Origin: Lama glama
Lineage: Eukaryota
NCBI GenBank assembly: GCA_028534125.1
Contig: CM052818.1
Location: forward strand, 1,986,001 to 2,050,000
Direction of reading: 5' to 3'
Length of the DNA stretch: 64,000 bases
In this document: positions 12,141-22,954 of the stretch, in pieces
Position numbering within the stretch: position 1 is the stretch's first letter
Layout of the letters: every line of letters begins with the position of its first letter
Position numbers and translations under genes: made by a program
Notes under the pieces: generated by a model
Databases searched by the model: none
What the model was told of the DNA's origin: nothing
Seen by the model: only the letters and a program-made list of their open reading frames with translations

Positions 12141-13183
12141 CATTCTTTTCCATATTCTTTTCATTATAGGCTGTTATAAGATATTGAACATGTTCCCTGT
12201 GCTATACAGTAGGACATTGTGGTTTATTTATTTTGTATATAGTAGTATCTACAAATCCCAAACTCCCAGTTTATCTCTTCCCATCCTCTCTCCCCTCTGG
12301 TAATCATAAGTTTGTTTTCTATGTCTGTGAGTCTGTCTTTGTTTTGTAAGTGACTTCATTTGCGTCTTTTTTTTTTTTTAAGATTCCACATATAAGTTAT
12401 ATCATATGGTATTTTTCTTTCTCTTTCTGGCTAACTTCACTTAGAATGACAATCTCCAGTTTCATCCATGTTGCTGCAAATGGTATTATTTTATTCTTTT
12501 TTATGGCTTACTGATATTCCATTGTGTATATATACCACAACTTCTTTTTCCACTCATCTGCTGATGGACATTTAGGTTGCTTCCATGTCCTGGCTATTGT
12601 ATGTAGTGCTGCTGTGAATACTGGGGTGTGTGTATCTTCGAACTAGAGTTGCCTCCAGATATATGCCCAAGAGTGGGATTGCTAGATCATAGAGTAAGTC
12701 TATTTTCAGTTTTTCAAGGAATCTCCATACTGTTTTCCACAGTGGCTGCATCAAACTGCATTCCCACCAATGGTGTAGGAGGGAACCCTGTTCTCCGCAG
12801 CCTCTCCAGCATTTATTTTGAGGACTTCTTAATGATGATCATTCTGACTGGTGTGAGGTGACACTTCATTGTGGTTTTGATTTGCATTTTTCTGATAATT
12901 AGCAGTACTGAATATTTTTTCATGTGCCTATTGGCCATTTGTATGTCTTCATCGGAGAAATGTTTGTTTAGGTGTTTTGCCCATTTTTTGGACTAGGTTG
13001 TTTTTTGTTGTTGTTATTGGGTTGTGTGAGCTGTTTGTATATTCTGGAAATTAAGCCCTTTTCAGTTGCATCACTTGCAAATATTTTCTCCCAGTCCGAA
13101 TGTTGTGTTTTCATTTTGTTTATGAGGTTGTTTTTTCACTGTGCAAACACTTATAAGCTTAATTAGGTCCCATTTGTTTAGAA
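11985..13183 (-). mobile_element. L1 3' end (ORF2 C-terminus and 3'UTR), relatively young, 5'-truncated
   Basis: ORF 12572..12754 ([30 protein letters not shown]) is the L1 ORF2 C-terminal region; T-rich antisense tail near 11985-12018. Confidence 0.95.
12084..12142. repeat. (TG)n(TA)n microsatellite within the L1 3'UTR
   Basis: tatacatatgtgtgtgtgtgtgtatatatatatatatatatatatgtatatataca. Confidence 0.95.
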
Positions 13184-13189
13184 AATCCA

Positions 13190-14130
13190 GCCTTCCTACA
13201 GAAAGCATCAGCTTGGAAAGAAGGGCCAAGGGTTCCACACAGATCTCTCCCAGACATCCTAACCCTGCCCATTCCCTGCCCTTCCCTCTGCCGGGCACAG
13301 CCCTCCATCTAGTGTCCAGAACCACCTTCCCTCCCATCTCAGAGGAAAAAGTGTCTTGTTCACTCTCCAAGTCTGCAGTGGCCATCTGCTCTGAGAACCA
13401 GCCGTCTGGCGCCTTCTCAGAGCCCTAGTCCCAGCACCTGGTTTTGTGACCCCACGTCAGTTACTGCTCAGCCCTTGATGTTCCCATCCTCAGAGTGACA
13501 CACAGGCCCATGCCCGCCCCCACCTACTGAGGCCAGGCCTCTGCTCAGTCCCCTCATGCCACCAAAAGTCCATCAGCAGCCTCTGCCTCTAGGGATGGAG
13601 GCATCTCAGTTGTCAGCGAGTTGTCCTCTCTCAGCCCAGGACACTGTTGGATGTGAGCCCGTCCTTGACACCACCTTCTCCCTACCCGTTTCCCTGGGCC
13701 TTGCCTTCTCCAACCTTTTGCAGGCGCTTCATCCTCTGCTGTTGGCCTCAGCCTGTCTCTGCTCACTCTTCTCACTCTCCCTGGACCGGTGCAGCTGGGC
13801 TGTGGCCTGGCGCCAGTGACCCTCTCTGTGCCAAGGGCTCCCAGAGTTTCCTCCTGATGGTGTCCCTACTGAACATCTCCCCGGGAAGGCGGCCAAGTTT
13901 TGGCCAGCTTACTTGCCCCAAACTAAACCCATCTTATCCCTGCTTCCCCCTCCCAGACCTGTTCTTCCTCAGGTAAACTCATCACGTTTGTACCCACCTG
14001 GCTCCTTCCCCCCCAGACTCCCCATCACAGCCATAGCCTCCCTGGTTACACAGGTGCTTACGCCAGAAGCCCGGGCGCTGCCCCCACACCTTATTTTTTC
14101 ACTCCCCGGCCCTGTGTGGAGTCCTCATGT
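13190..14130 (+). mobile_element. LINE2 (L2) internal/3' fragments
   Basis: Pyrimidine-rich L2-like phrases: ccttctcagagcc, cttgacaccaccttctcc, ctactgaacatctcc, cccaaactaaaccc. Confidence 0.55.
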
Positions 14131-17100
14131 TTTATCCCACATGTTACTTGTTACTCCTGCCCTTTCTCTCTGCAGCCAGGGCCTGGGCTCTGCTTGGACC
14201 TCACCGTCACCTGCCAGCCCCGTCTTGGGCTGCTTCTGCATCTGGTTACCAGGAGCAGGAGGCCTGCTCCTCAAGGGAGAAGAACAAAGGCAGGGCTGGG
14301 GATGGGCCACGAGCCTAGCTTCCCTCCCAGAGGGACTTGAAGCTGGATGTAGGTTAAGGTCCCGTCGTCCATCCAGAGTGACGTGAGACCTCACTTGTTG
14401 GCTGAGTGTCCAGAAGCCTTTCCTCCAGGCACACTCGGTCCTGGGGCCATCTTCACTCCCTGGCCACGCAAAGCTACCTTTGTAAGGACTTGGCTGGTGG
14501 GTGGATGAGGGGAAAGGAGGTTCCCCAACTGTTTCCTCATGTGGACGTGCCTCCACAGAGCTCCCAGCAGCCCCTGTGCCTCCCCCTGGTGTGGAAAGCT
14601 CTGCTCTGCCCACCCCGGTGTGGGCTTTCCTCTTAGCATCATAGACCGCCCCCCCAGAGCATCATCCCCCACCCCAGCCACTCTGGAATGTTTTAAAAAT
14701 CCTGATTGTTTTAAAATTGATTGTTTTAAAAATCCTGAAACCCCTTGGCCCAAATGTCAGACTTCTGGGAAAGGATACGGCCTCTCCTGTACCCTCACTT
14801 TCAAACGAATGAAGTTGGGTCCTCAGGAATATAATGAGACCCCCCTGGACTTGGAGAGGGGCTGCCCATGGTGGTTTACCTTGGGGATACTGCCTTGCTC
14901 CCCCAAATCCTTCTGTCTTGGTGCAGAGGCATGGACACTCCCAGGAAATCTCCATTTCCCTGGGGCAAATGCGCCTACAGGGTAAGTTTCATAGTCTTTT
15001 ATCACCAGCTATGAGTCGCCCTGCAGAGAAAATAGACGGTGGCCCGAGGTGGTTGTGTGTGTCAAGGGGAGGGATGGAAAGGCAGAGCAAGCACTGGGGG
15101 TCCTGAAGGCTGAGGGGGGTGCGCCATGCAGACACACTGGGGGGCCCCTGGGAAGTGGGGGTGCTGGAGACATTCCCAGCTTTGGGAACCAAGCACAGTG
15201 GCCTGGGGGAGGTGGGGGAGGCCGATGGGAGAGAGGCTTTCAGACTTTCAGGGAACGTAAATTTTACCCCCGGCTACTTTCTCTGGGATTTATTTCTCGG
15301 TGAACTTGAGACTTTGCCTAATTACGTTTGGGTCTCTTTCAAAGCACATAAATTGCATCCAGTTCTTCTGCCTCTTTCTTAGGAATAAATTGTCCCTGTG
15401 CAAGGAGGGGTCTGGGGAAGAGAGTGAGACTTTATTAATTCGACACAGAACTCTGTTCCCCTGCCCTCCCCTCTGCCCCCTGTTGAATAATAAAATAATG
15501 AAGATTTGACTTGGACCAGGATGTGTGGATAAATATATTGGTGACATGAATGGAAATGGATTTATTACATAAACAGGAGACTTCATCAATTTAAACCTGG
15601 CCTCCTTTCAATGGGCATAAATTACATTTTCTTTTCCTACCAGTTTCTGGGTTTTCTTTTTTTTTTTTTAAGAAACTGGATTTATCGGAATTGAGATTTC
15701 ACTAATTTATTTCATGGAGCCTCGTGCTTCCTCTTTCTGCCCAACTCATTAAAGACAGGTTTCTTTCCAGCTACCCTTCTCGAATCTCCCCCACCTCAGC
15801 CCCAGAGCAGCCGCGTGGCCTGCTGGGAGGTCGGGGTGAGGGGTGGTGTGGAGTGTGAGCTGTCTCGTTGGGCCTGGAGAGAACTTCACGCCCCTGCTCC
15901 CTGTGGAAATGTCCAGCCCACCTGAGGAAGGATGCTCCGACGGGGTGTCCAGCCGGGAGCAGAAGAAGATCCCCGTCCCGGCCCCTGGGAGGACCCAGGG
16001 CGACCTTGGCTGGTCCCAGGATGGGCCAGCCGGGAAGCAGCAGAGAGGTTCTGCAAACAGGCCTGCAGGAAGAGGTTTGGGTGTGCTTGGCCAGGTATTT
16101 CAGGTGAGGTGGGCTGGGAGGGGTGCAGGGAGGGCTAGAAGTTTCCATCAAAGACCAATGGCAGAACGGTCAGGGACCAAGAACTGATTTCTTACGAGTT
16201 CAGGGCCCAGTTGAGGCAGATTCTCTTCGTTCTCCACCTCCCCATCTCCTGCTGTTTTCCCCCAACAAGACGGGGATTCGGGTCAGCACCAGCCAAAATG
16301 TTTGATTGGAGCGGGGAAGATGGCTTAAAACTGCCTATAGTAGGGGATGTGGCCTTTGGACTCTGTGGCTTCACTTTTTCTGTGTCTTTGCTGGCAGGTC
16401 AAGGTTATTTCCAGCCTGGGAATTCCATGCGGGAGACTCCTACCTGCCTCTCCCAAAGTATTTCCCCTCCAAGTTAGTGCTGGAAGTCTTGATTATTCTC
16501 ATTTATTTAAAGAGGTAAAAACTCAACATGCTGACACTCTGGAGGATGTCCGGGGGATAAAGAGGAAGTGTGGCTGCCATCTTATTTAGGGAACTTAAAG
16601 AGGATGATGACTAACGCAGAGAGGTGACTTAGCTGGGGCGTTTTGGGCACCACAGGAACCAGCTGATGAGAGATTCCTGTTCCCTGAGCCTTCCTGACAC
16701 CCGGGTCTCATGCAGCAATGGGAAGGGTGCCGCTCGATGGGGGCTTGGGGAGAAGAGGAGAGGGAAGAAGACACTGCCCCCACCCAGACCCTCAACGCCA
16801 TCTCCCATCCCACCCTCTTCACCAGCCCCAGGGTGGGCAGGGGGGCCAGGGGTGGCTCTGCAAGCTGTCATTCACCAGGCCCGCCGTCTGGCGCAGGTGT
16901 TTCTAATAAGGCCTCCTTCAGGCTTGCTTCATCCAGGAGGATGTTTACAAGAAGGTCTGATGAGAAATTGTCTCCAAATGCTGTCTTGTAAGCAAGACGT
17001 TAAGAAGAGGGGGGTTAGTGCCTTAGGCTGGAAGCAAGCAGGGCTCCTGGAATGGGGCCTGGCCAGTGCTCCCTCCAGTCTCAGCCCTCTTGGCCAGGAC

Positions 17101-17464
17101 TGGCAGGCTGGGGCCTGGGCAGGTCTGGGCCCACTGCCAAGGATGCTGAGTGCCATGGGGGTTGGGTTTCAATAAACAAAAGCAATAACGTTGGAAGAAC
17201 CTCCACACTAAATAGACGGGGCATCCCAATATTGTTCCCCAAGCCCGAGGGCCTTCTCTCTGACCCTGTGATCTTCCTTTAGCCTCTCCTCCACAGGTTG
17301 AGGGCAGGCGATCACAGGTTTTACCACCATCATAGTGAGCAATCCTGAAGGAGCGTCTTCCTGGAGAAGCCCAGAGAAGGAGGGGAGGAATCCTGTCTCC
17401 AAGCTGTCACACACAGAATTCTCCAGTGTGATTAAACCCTCTGGGAGGAAGGTAGGGGATGCTC

Positions 17465-17645
17465 AGCAGAGGTGGCAAATATTTTCTGTAAAGACCAGGT
17501 AGTAAATATTTTTTGCGTTAAGCCCCGCCCTGTTTCTGCTACAACCACTCAAGACTGCTGCCATTGTGTGAAGGTAGCCAGAGCCAACAGGTAAATGAGA
17601 GGGCATGGTCAGAGCTGATCGACCGGCAGTAGTTCGCTGACCCCC
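17465..17645. mobile_element. MER58A-like hAT DNA transposon
   Basis: ggcaaatattttctgtaaagaccaggtagtaaatatttt...caaccactcaa...gtagttcgctgacccc. Confidence 0.75.
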
Positions 17646-18029
17646 GATGTTGAGGACCAGATAAGTCCCAGGGAGGTGGAGTGACCAGCTGGGATCATGC
17701 AGCCTGTAGGCAAGTGAGCAGGACAGTCGCCCAGCGGGCTACATGGACTGCCATGACCCAGCTCAGTGTAGCCACTGAGATGGTTCCCTGGAGACCCAAA
17801 CTTGACACAAGGGAATCGTACCCCATAGCAGAGGTCAGCACGCTCAAAGTTGGAGAGAAATTTGAGACTCAGTCAAGTTAGATGTGCAAATAATAGGAGG
17901 AAAGTAGCTGGTGATCTCAGAGTTGCTGGGCAGGAGCTTCTGGTGTCTTCTCTGAGTCCTGGAGACAGGACATAAGGAGAGCATCAAGGATGAAGTGATG
18001 CTGCCCGCAGGGGTCTGGAGATGACCCCT

Positions 18030-19230
18030 CTTTGGGTACCATTCCTGTGTGTGCTGGCTGTGTGTGGTCACGGGCTCCATGGGGTAAGGTAAGGGAGACT
18101 AGGGTACAGTTGAACTTGGGGGGGGTCTCTCTGAGGTTGGAACTGCAGGTCCCTTTAGGTGTGGGTGAGGTTGAAGGGGAGGCTGGGCTGGCAATGTTCT
18201 GTGGTGGGTTGGTGTGTGTACAGGATCTGAAGGCCCCGTATAGCTGGGGTTCAGTGTGGTTGGGGGAACCAGTGGGCAGTGAGCAGTGGGTGGGCCTGGG
18301 GCTGCCCTCACAGTGCCCTCTCTCTGCAGAGGGCGGCGAGGTTTGGCAAGGAGTGTTCAGCTTGTAGTCAGGTTGGGGGTCACTGTGGTGTTTGGCTCTG
18401 GGGTCAGCATGTCTGCTGGCTGGGCTGGGGGTAAGAGCGTGGCTGGGGTGTGAGGGTCACCGTATGATTGGGACACGATCACTCTGCAGTTAAGTTTAGC
18501 GAAACCCTCTTGCTGGGGCTGAGAGTGAGGTGAGGTTCTGGGGTTAAGGGTGGGATGGTGCTTGGGGGTCAGAGAGCCTGGTCTTAGAGTAGCTGGGACT
18601 GAGATCTTTGGTTGAGTTTCACGGCTGGAATTGAGGCTGCTGTTTGATGATCATGAGGTCAATGAGCGTTCAGCTTGGGGCGTCTATGCCAGTGGCTCTA
18701 ACTGGGTGATGGGCACCCATGCAGGGCTTGAGAAGGAAGTGAAAGAGAGTGATTGGGGCTGGGGGGTCATCTTGTGGTTGGAAAGCTGGCAGCCAGCACC
18801 CTTTGGCTTTGGTGGATCTTGTCTTGTTGAGTTGAAAGGGTTAACGTGTGTGCTGTTTGGAACCGGGGAGCTGGTGTGAATTAGGGGTTGGGGCGTCGTG
18901 TGTGTGACTGAGTTCAGAGGTCAATGTGTGGCTGGGCTACTTATTCCATTGTGGTCGTGTCTGTGGGTCAGTGTGTAGCTAGGGATGGAACTGAGGCATC
19001 AGTGTGTGGTTGGCATTGGGGGCTCAGTGTGGTTTGGGGTCACTCGTGGTTGAGGATTCAAGATATGGTTGGCCTTGCAGTGTGTGGGTCTTTACAAGTC
19101 ATATTATCAGGTTGGAGGGTCAAGGTACAGGCAGGTTTGGGTGGTTAGTGTGTTTGGGGATCAACTCGCTATTTTGAGGTTCAGTTGGAGTAGTTGGGGT
19201 GTGGATGAAATGGGGGATGATGGGTGAATG
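18030..19230. repeat. Degenerate G/T-rich tandem array (about 17-20-nt unit, consensus near GGGGTCAGTGTGGTT)
   Basis: Recurrent ggggtcactgtggtg, ggggttcagtgtggttgg, gggtcagtgtgtagc, gggctcagtgtggtttggggtcac; strong G+T skew on the + strand. Confidence 0.7.
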
Positions 19231-20199
19231 GTCTCCCAAGGAAGACTCCCAGAGCAAAGGAGCTCAGTGAGCAGACACCCCAAGGCTGAGTTGCCATCAG
19301 CTGATGACTTGGGCAATGGGCTTCCCACGCAGCGGCATTTAGACCTCTAAAGGTCAGCAGATCTGCATGTGACGATGATGATGAAGATAAGAAAGAGTCA
19401 TAGGAGTTGGTGGAAAGGGTGTATTTGAAGATTCAGCGCCTTGTTTAGGGTGGAGAATGCTGCGTGTGCACTTTTCAAACTTAGGCTCCTTAGAGCCTGC
19501 CTAGGGGTCAAATTTACTTGAATATTTGGGCAAAAACACTGTAGTACATTCTACTCTTGCCCAGTCCATACCCCCGTGGTACTCACCGTTCCTTACACGC
19601 TGCTCGCTTTTTGCTGCAGTGCCTGCCACTCTGCCTGGGCGTGTGATCTGGCTGTGGCAGCAGGGTCCGTCCTCACCAGGCAGGTGCCCTCGGTGGCAGC
19701 TCAACATTCACGACGGGCAGAAAATGGTGGAGAAATACCTGGCTTCGGGTCCTCAGCAGGACTGATCCCTTTTTCTACAGAAGTCCCTGACTCATTCATC
19801 CACCCTGTGTGGGCCTCCTCCCCTGCCCTGGCGCGTGTCCTCACGCCCCTATGGTGCTTCCTGGACTCACGGCCCAAGTAAATGACTTGCCCTCGTATCC
19901 TTTGCTTCTGGCGAACCCGACCTAATAGAAACACTTTTGTAATAAAGTTAAGAAAGATACCTTATGGAGCACGAATTCCACAAGACTTCAAGAGAGAGCG
20001 AAAACCACGCATGCTCCTGGCATCGGGCCCCCCCCCCCTTACCTCACTAATAGGGGCTCTAACTCGGGAAACTGACTAAAAGCCAGAGGACAAGGGATGC
20101 CCTCCCTAGTGGTCAGACTCCCGGGCACGGACAGCACAGAGAAGGGTGGGGCGTGAATCCACGGTGGACTGGAAGATACTGAGCAGAGCTGTGCACTTG

Positions 20200-20570
20200 A
20201 GTTTGGGGGCTGGCATGTGGCCGGGGTGCCAGAAGTGTGACCTTGAGATTTCCTGGGTCTTCTACTATAGGGTCAGTAGGGGACTGAGGTGGCTCAGCTT
20301 AGGGATCAGGGGTCCATGTCCTGATGACTGTGGGGGTCAATATACATGGGGTGACCAGTTTAAGTCATTCTGTGGTGAATGGATACTTAAAACATGCACC
20401 GGATTAGGGGGGATCAGAGCGTAACTGATGTCAGGGGTGGACGATTGTCATGGATTTTGCTGGTTGGGGGGCTGTGAAATTTGGGGGTACAGTGAGCCAT
20501 TGGATTTGGGGGTCAGTATTTGAAGCAGTCAGGGTAGGGGTCTGAATTTATCCAAGGTGGCGGGGGGGTG
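20200..20570. repeat. Second block of the degenerate G-rich GGGGTCA array
   Basis: gggtcagtagggg, gggggtcaatatacatgggg, gggggatcagag, gggggtcagtatttg. Confidence 0.5.
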
Positions 20571-22598
20571 CTGTGAGCACGGCTGCCAACCATAGCACCT
20601 TCAGGTGGGTTATAAAAATGCCCACTCTGGGCAGACGTAGCCCTGCCCCAGGGGACAGGAGTGGTGAACAGAGTCGGGGCTGGATTTCAGCCCTCACTTC
20701 TCCTCGCCTGGGTGCCTTCGGGCGGTGACCACGCTACACGACTCCACGCTGCAGCCCTGGGGTGGGTTGGTGTCTCTGAGCTGGGGATCCATCCCCTTGA
20801 CCCCGCATCCTCCATCCCCCTCCCCAGTCATCTCCTCCAGCTGTCCTGTTCTTCCGAGAGGAGGCTGGGCAGGTTTCTGCAGCGTGAGCCCCTGCACCCT
20901 GTGAGGCTTGGGAGCTGGCTTCCTGGAGTGAGGGTCAGGGTCAGAGTTCGAGTCCTGGCCACGTCGTATATGTGTCAGAATGAGCAATGCCTTTTTAGGT
21001 CACATATACTTTGGACTTCAACACTGCTTTATGTAGGCTGTAAAATTAATAGGTGGGAACGAGATTTATGGGCCCCACTGGGCTGTTCTTTGCTTGTTAG
21101 GTTAAACACACTGATTTCCTGGTACAAAAGTGCTTGTTAAAATAATCTCCCCCAGCATGTTCAGAGGGGACATATCTGTCTTGCTTGGGGGGTGGGGAGA
21201 AGACCGCGGCGCCCCATCCCCGCCTCCCCGGCAGGCCCACCTGTCGTGGCCTCCCCCAGGCCCAGCTGTGTGTATGATGGAATGAATGATGATGTTTCTG
21301 GGTGGGGGCGGCCCAGGGAAGGAATGTGCCTCTGTGCAGATAACGCCATAGCCAGACGTGCACTCCCATCACCCCCGCCCACCCTGAAGAGCCACTAGTC
21401 TTTGTTCCTGCCATATCTCGGGAAGGCAGGCTAGCAGCACGGGGGACCTGTGTGGGGGAGGCATGGTGTTGTTGGAGAGGGGACAGGAGGATGTCCTAGC
21501 GGCTGCTTCTGAAGATTCGGAAGTCAGAAGTAGAAGCAGAGAGAAGAGGCGGGCCCTGCTGCCTGAGTTCCTCTCCACCTCCTCCCGCTCAGGCGGCACC
21601 AGACTCGGGTAGATGGGGCTTGACTCTGCATCTCTGCCCGCTCTCCCTCATCTCCCACAATGCTCAGGGGTGGGCACTCTCTGAATGACTCAATGACCCC
21701 AGGGACGGGAGACTGTCTTGCCATCTCCTGCCCTGGTGGGGCACCTCGCTTCTTTGGAGGGTGTGGTGGTGGGGTCACAGATGGAGTGGATTATGCAAAG
21801 CAGCTAGGGAACCACTGACAGATCCAGGTTGCTCACAGATGGGCAGGGCAGAGCTGGGAGGTGGGCCTGATCCAGCTGAGGGCAAGACAGTGCCGTGAGC
21901 GGCTGTAGGGTGCATCCCTGGTGCAGAAGAAAGGTCTGGGCTGAGCCAACACAAGACTGGCTTGGGGCTCTTGTAGGCCCACGAGAGGCTTACTGGACAA
22001 CACCTGCGGACTGGGGCGCTCCGAGTCCTCTACTCCCGTGTTAAGTCTGGCTTGCTGTGAAAGCCTCTGAAGATGACACTTCCTGGTCCTCGGATGTACC
22101 CCAGCACCCAGCACCGTGGACTGGAGGGGAGCTCCCTGTGCATCTTTCCTACCTCCTGGGATCCTTACCCTGTCAGCCAACTGCCCCACCTCAGAAACTC
22201 ACCTTATGTCCCCTGCTCTGGGCTCCCCATGCCTTCCGTGTCCGACATTTGTGGTCATTTCTGTGAAGCACACAACCTACTCCATGGCTGCCTGATTCTT
22301 CTCCCATTTGACCCTATGAGATCTATATTATACCTAATCATAGACAGATGGAAAAACTGACGGTCTGAGACATCTGTTAATGTACCAAGTTTACCCCTCA
22401 GTGGGTGGAGGTGCTGGACTTGAGCCACGGCTGAGGACCCGGTCAGCACCTGGCCCTTTACCTGCTGTCATGAGTGCGCCCACCTCCATCATCCTAGGAC
22501 CTTAGAGCTCCTGGGCAGGACACTGTCCAGACCACTTTTGGGTCTCTGTCCCCCAGGACAATGCTTAATACATGGTGGAAATTCAGCATATGTTGTGA

Positions 22599-22690
22599 GT
22601 CGAGGCAAGATGTTACATCTGTATAGAGTTCAGGTCTGGGTCTTGTCGAGGCAAGATGTTACATCTGTATAGAGTTCAGGTCTGGGTCTT
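22599..22690. repeat. Perfect 46-bp tandem duplication
   Basis: gtcgaggcaagatgttacatctgtatagagttcaggtctgggtctt at 22599-22644 and 22645-22690. Confidence 0.97.
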
Positions 22691-22895
22691 GAGTTAGGCA
22701 GCCAGCCTGGGTAAGAATCTTGATTCCAGGACTTCAGGCTCTGTGACCTTGAACAAGTTACTAAACCCTTCCGAGGTGTAAAATGAAGCTAATAATGGTA
22801 GTTACCTCATAGGGTTGTTGTGAAGGTCAGTGAGATGCTCTGTATGAAACACTGAGGACGACACCACGCACATAGTAAGAGCTCAGTAATGTCTT
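22645..22895 (+). mobile_element. MIR SINE, near full length
   Basis: ctgtgaccttgaacaagttactaaaccc...tgtaaaatgaagctaataatggtagttacctcatagggttgttgtgaag...catagtaagagctcagtaa. Confidence 0.85.
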
Positions 22896-22934
22896 TCTAT
22901 CACAATCCTAACTTGTCACCTTCTTGTTCTGAAA

Positions 22935-22954
22935 CACTGCCACCTGCTGGTGGC
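22935..22954 (-). promoter_or_regulatory. Candidate CTCF site
   Basis: Minus strand GCCACCAGCAGGTGGCAGTG; core CCAGCAGGTGGCAG fits CCASYAGRKGGCRS. Motif match only. Confidence 0.45.

Noticed and set aside
15771..16103. Exon-like interval (ttctttccag ... cag/gtgagg)
   Set aside because: Splice-like signals are present but no frame gives a recognisable protein and no partner exons were found; a non-coding exon cannot be excluded.
18030..19230. Immunoglobulin switch region
   Set aside because: Lacks dense GAGCT/GGGCT pentamer arrays, and no Ig constant exons are nearby.
22599..22690. CRISPR-like repeats (also 60041-60125)
   Set aside because: Directly abutting repeats without unique spacers, mammalian context and no cas genes.
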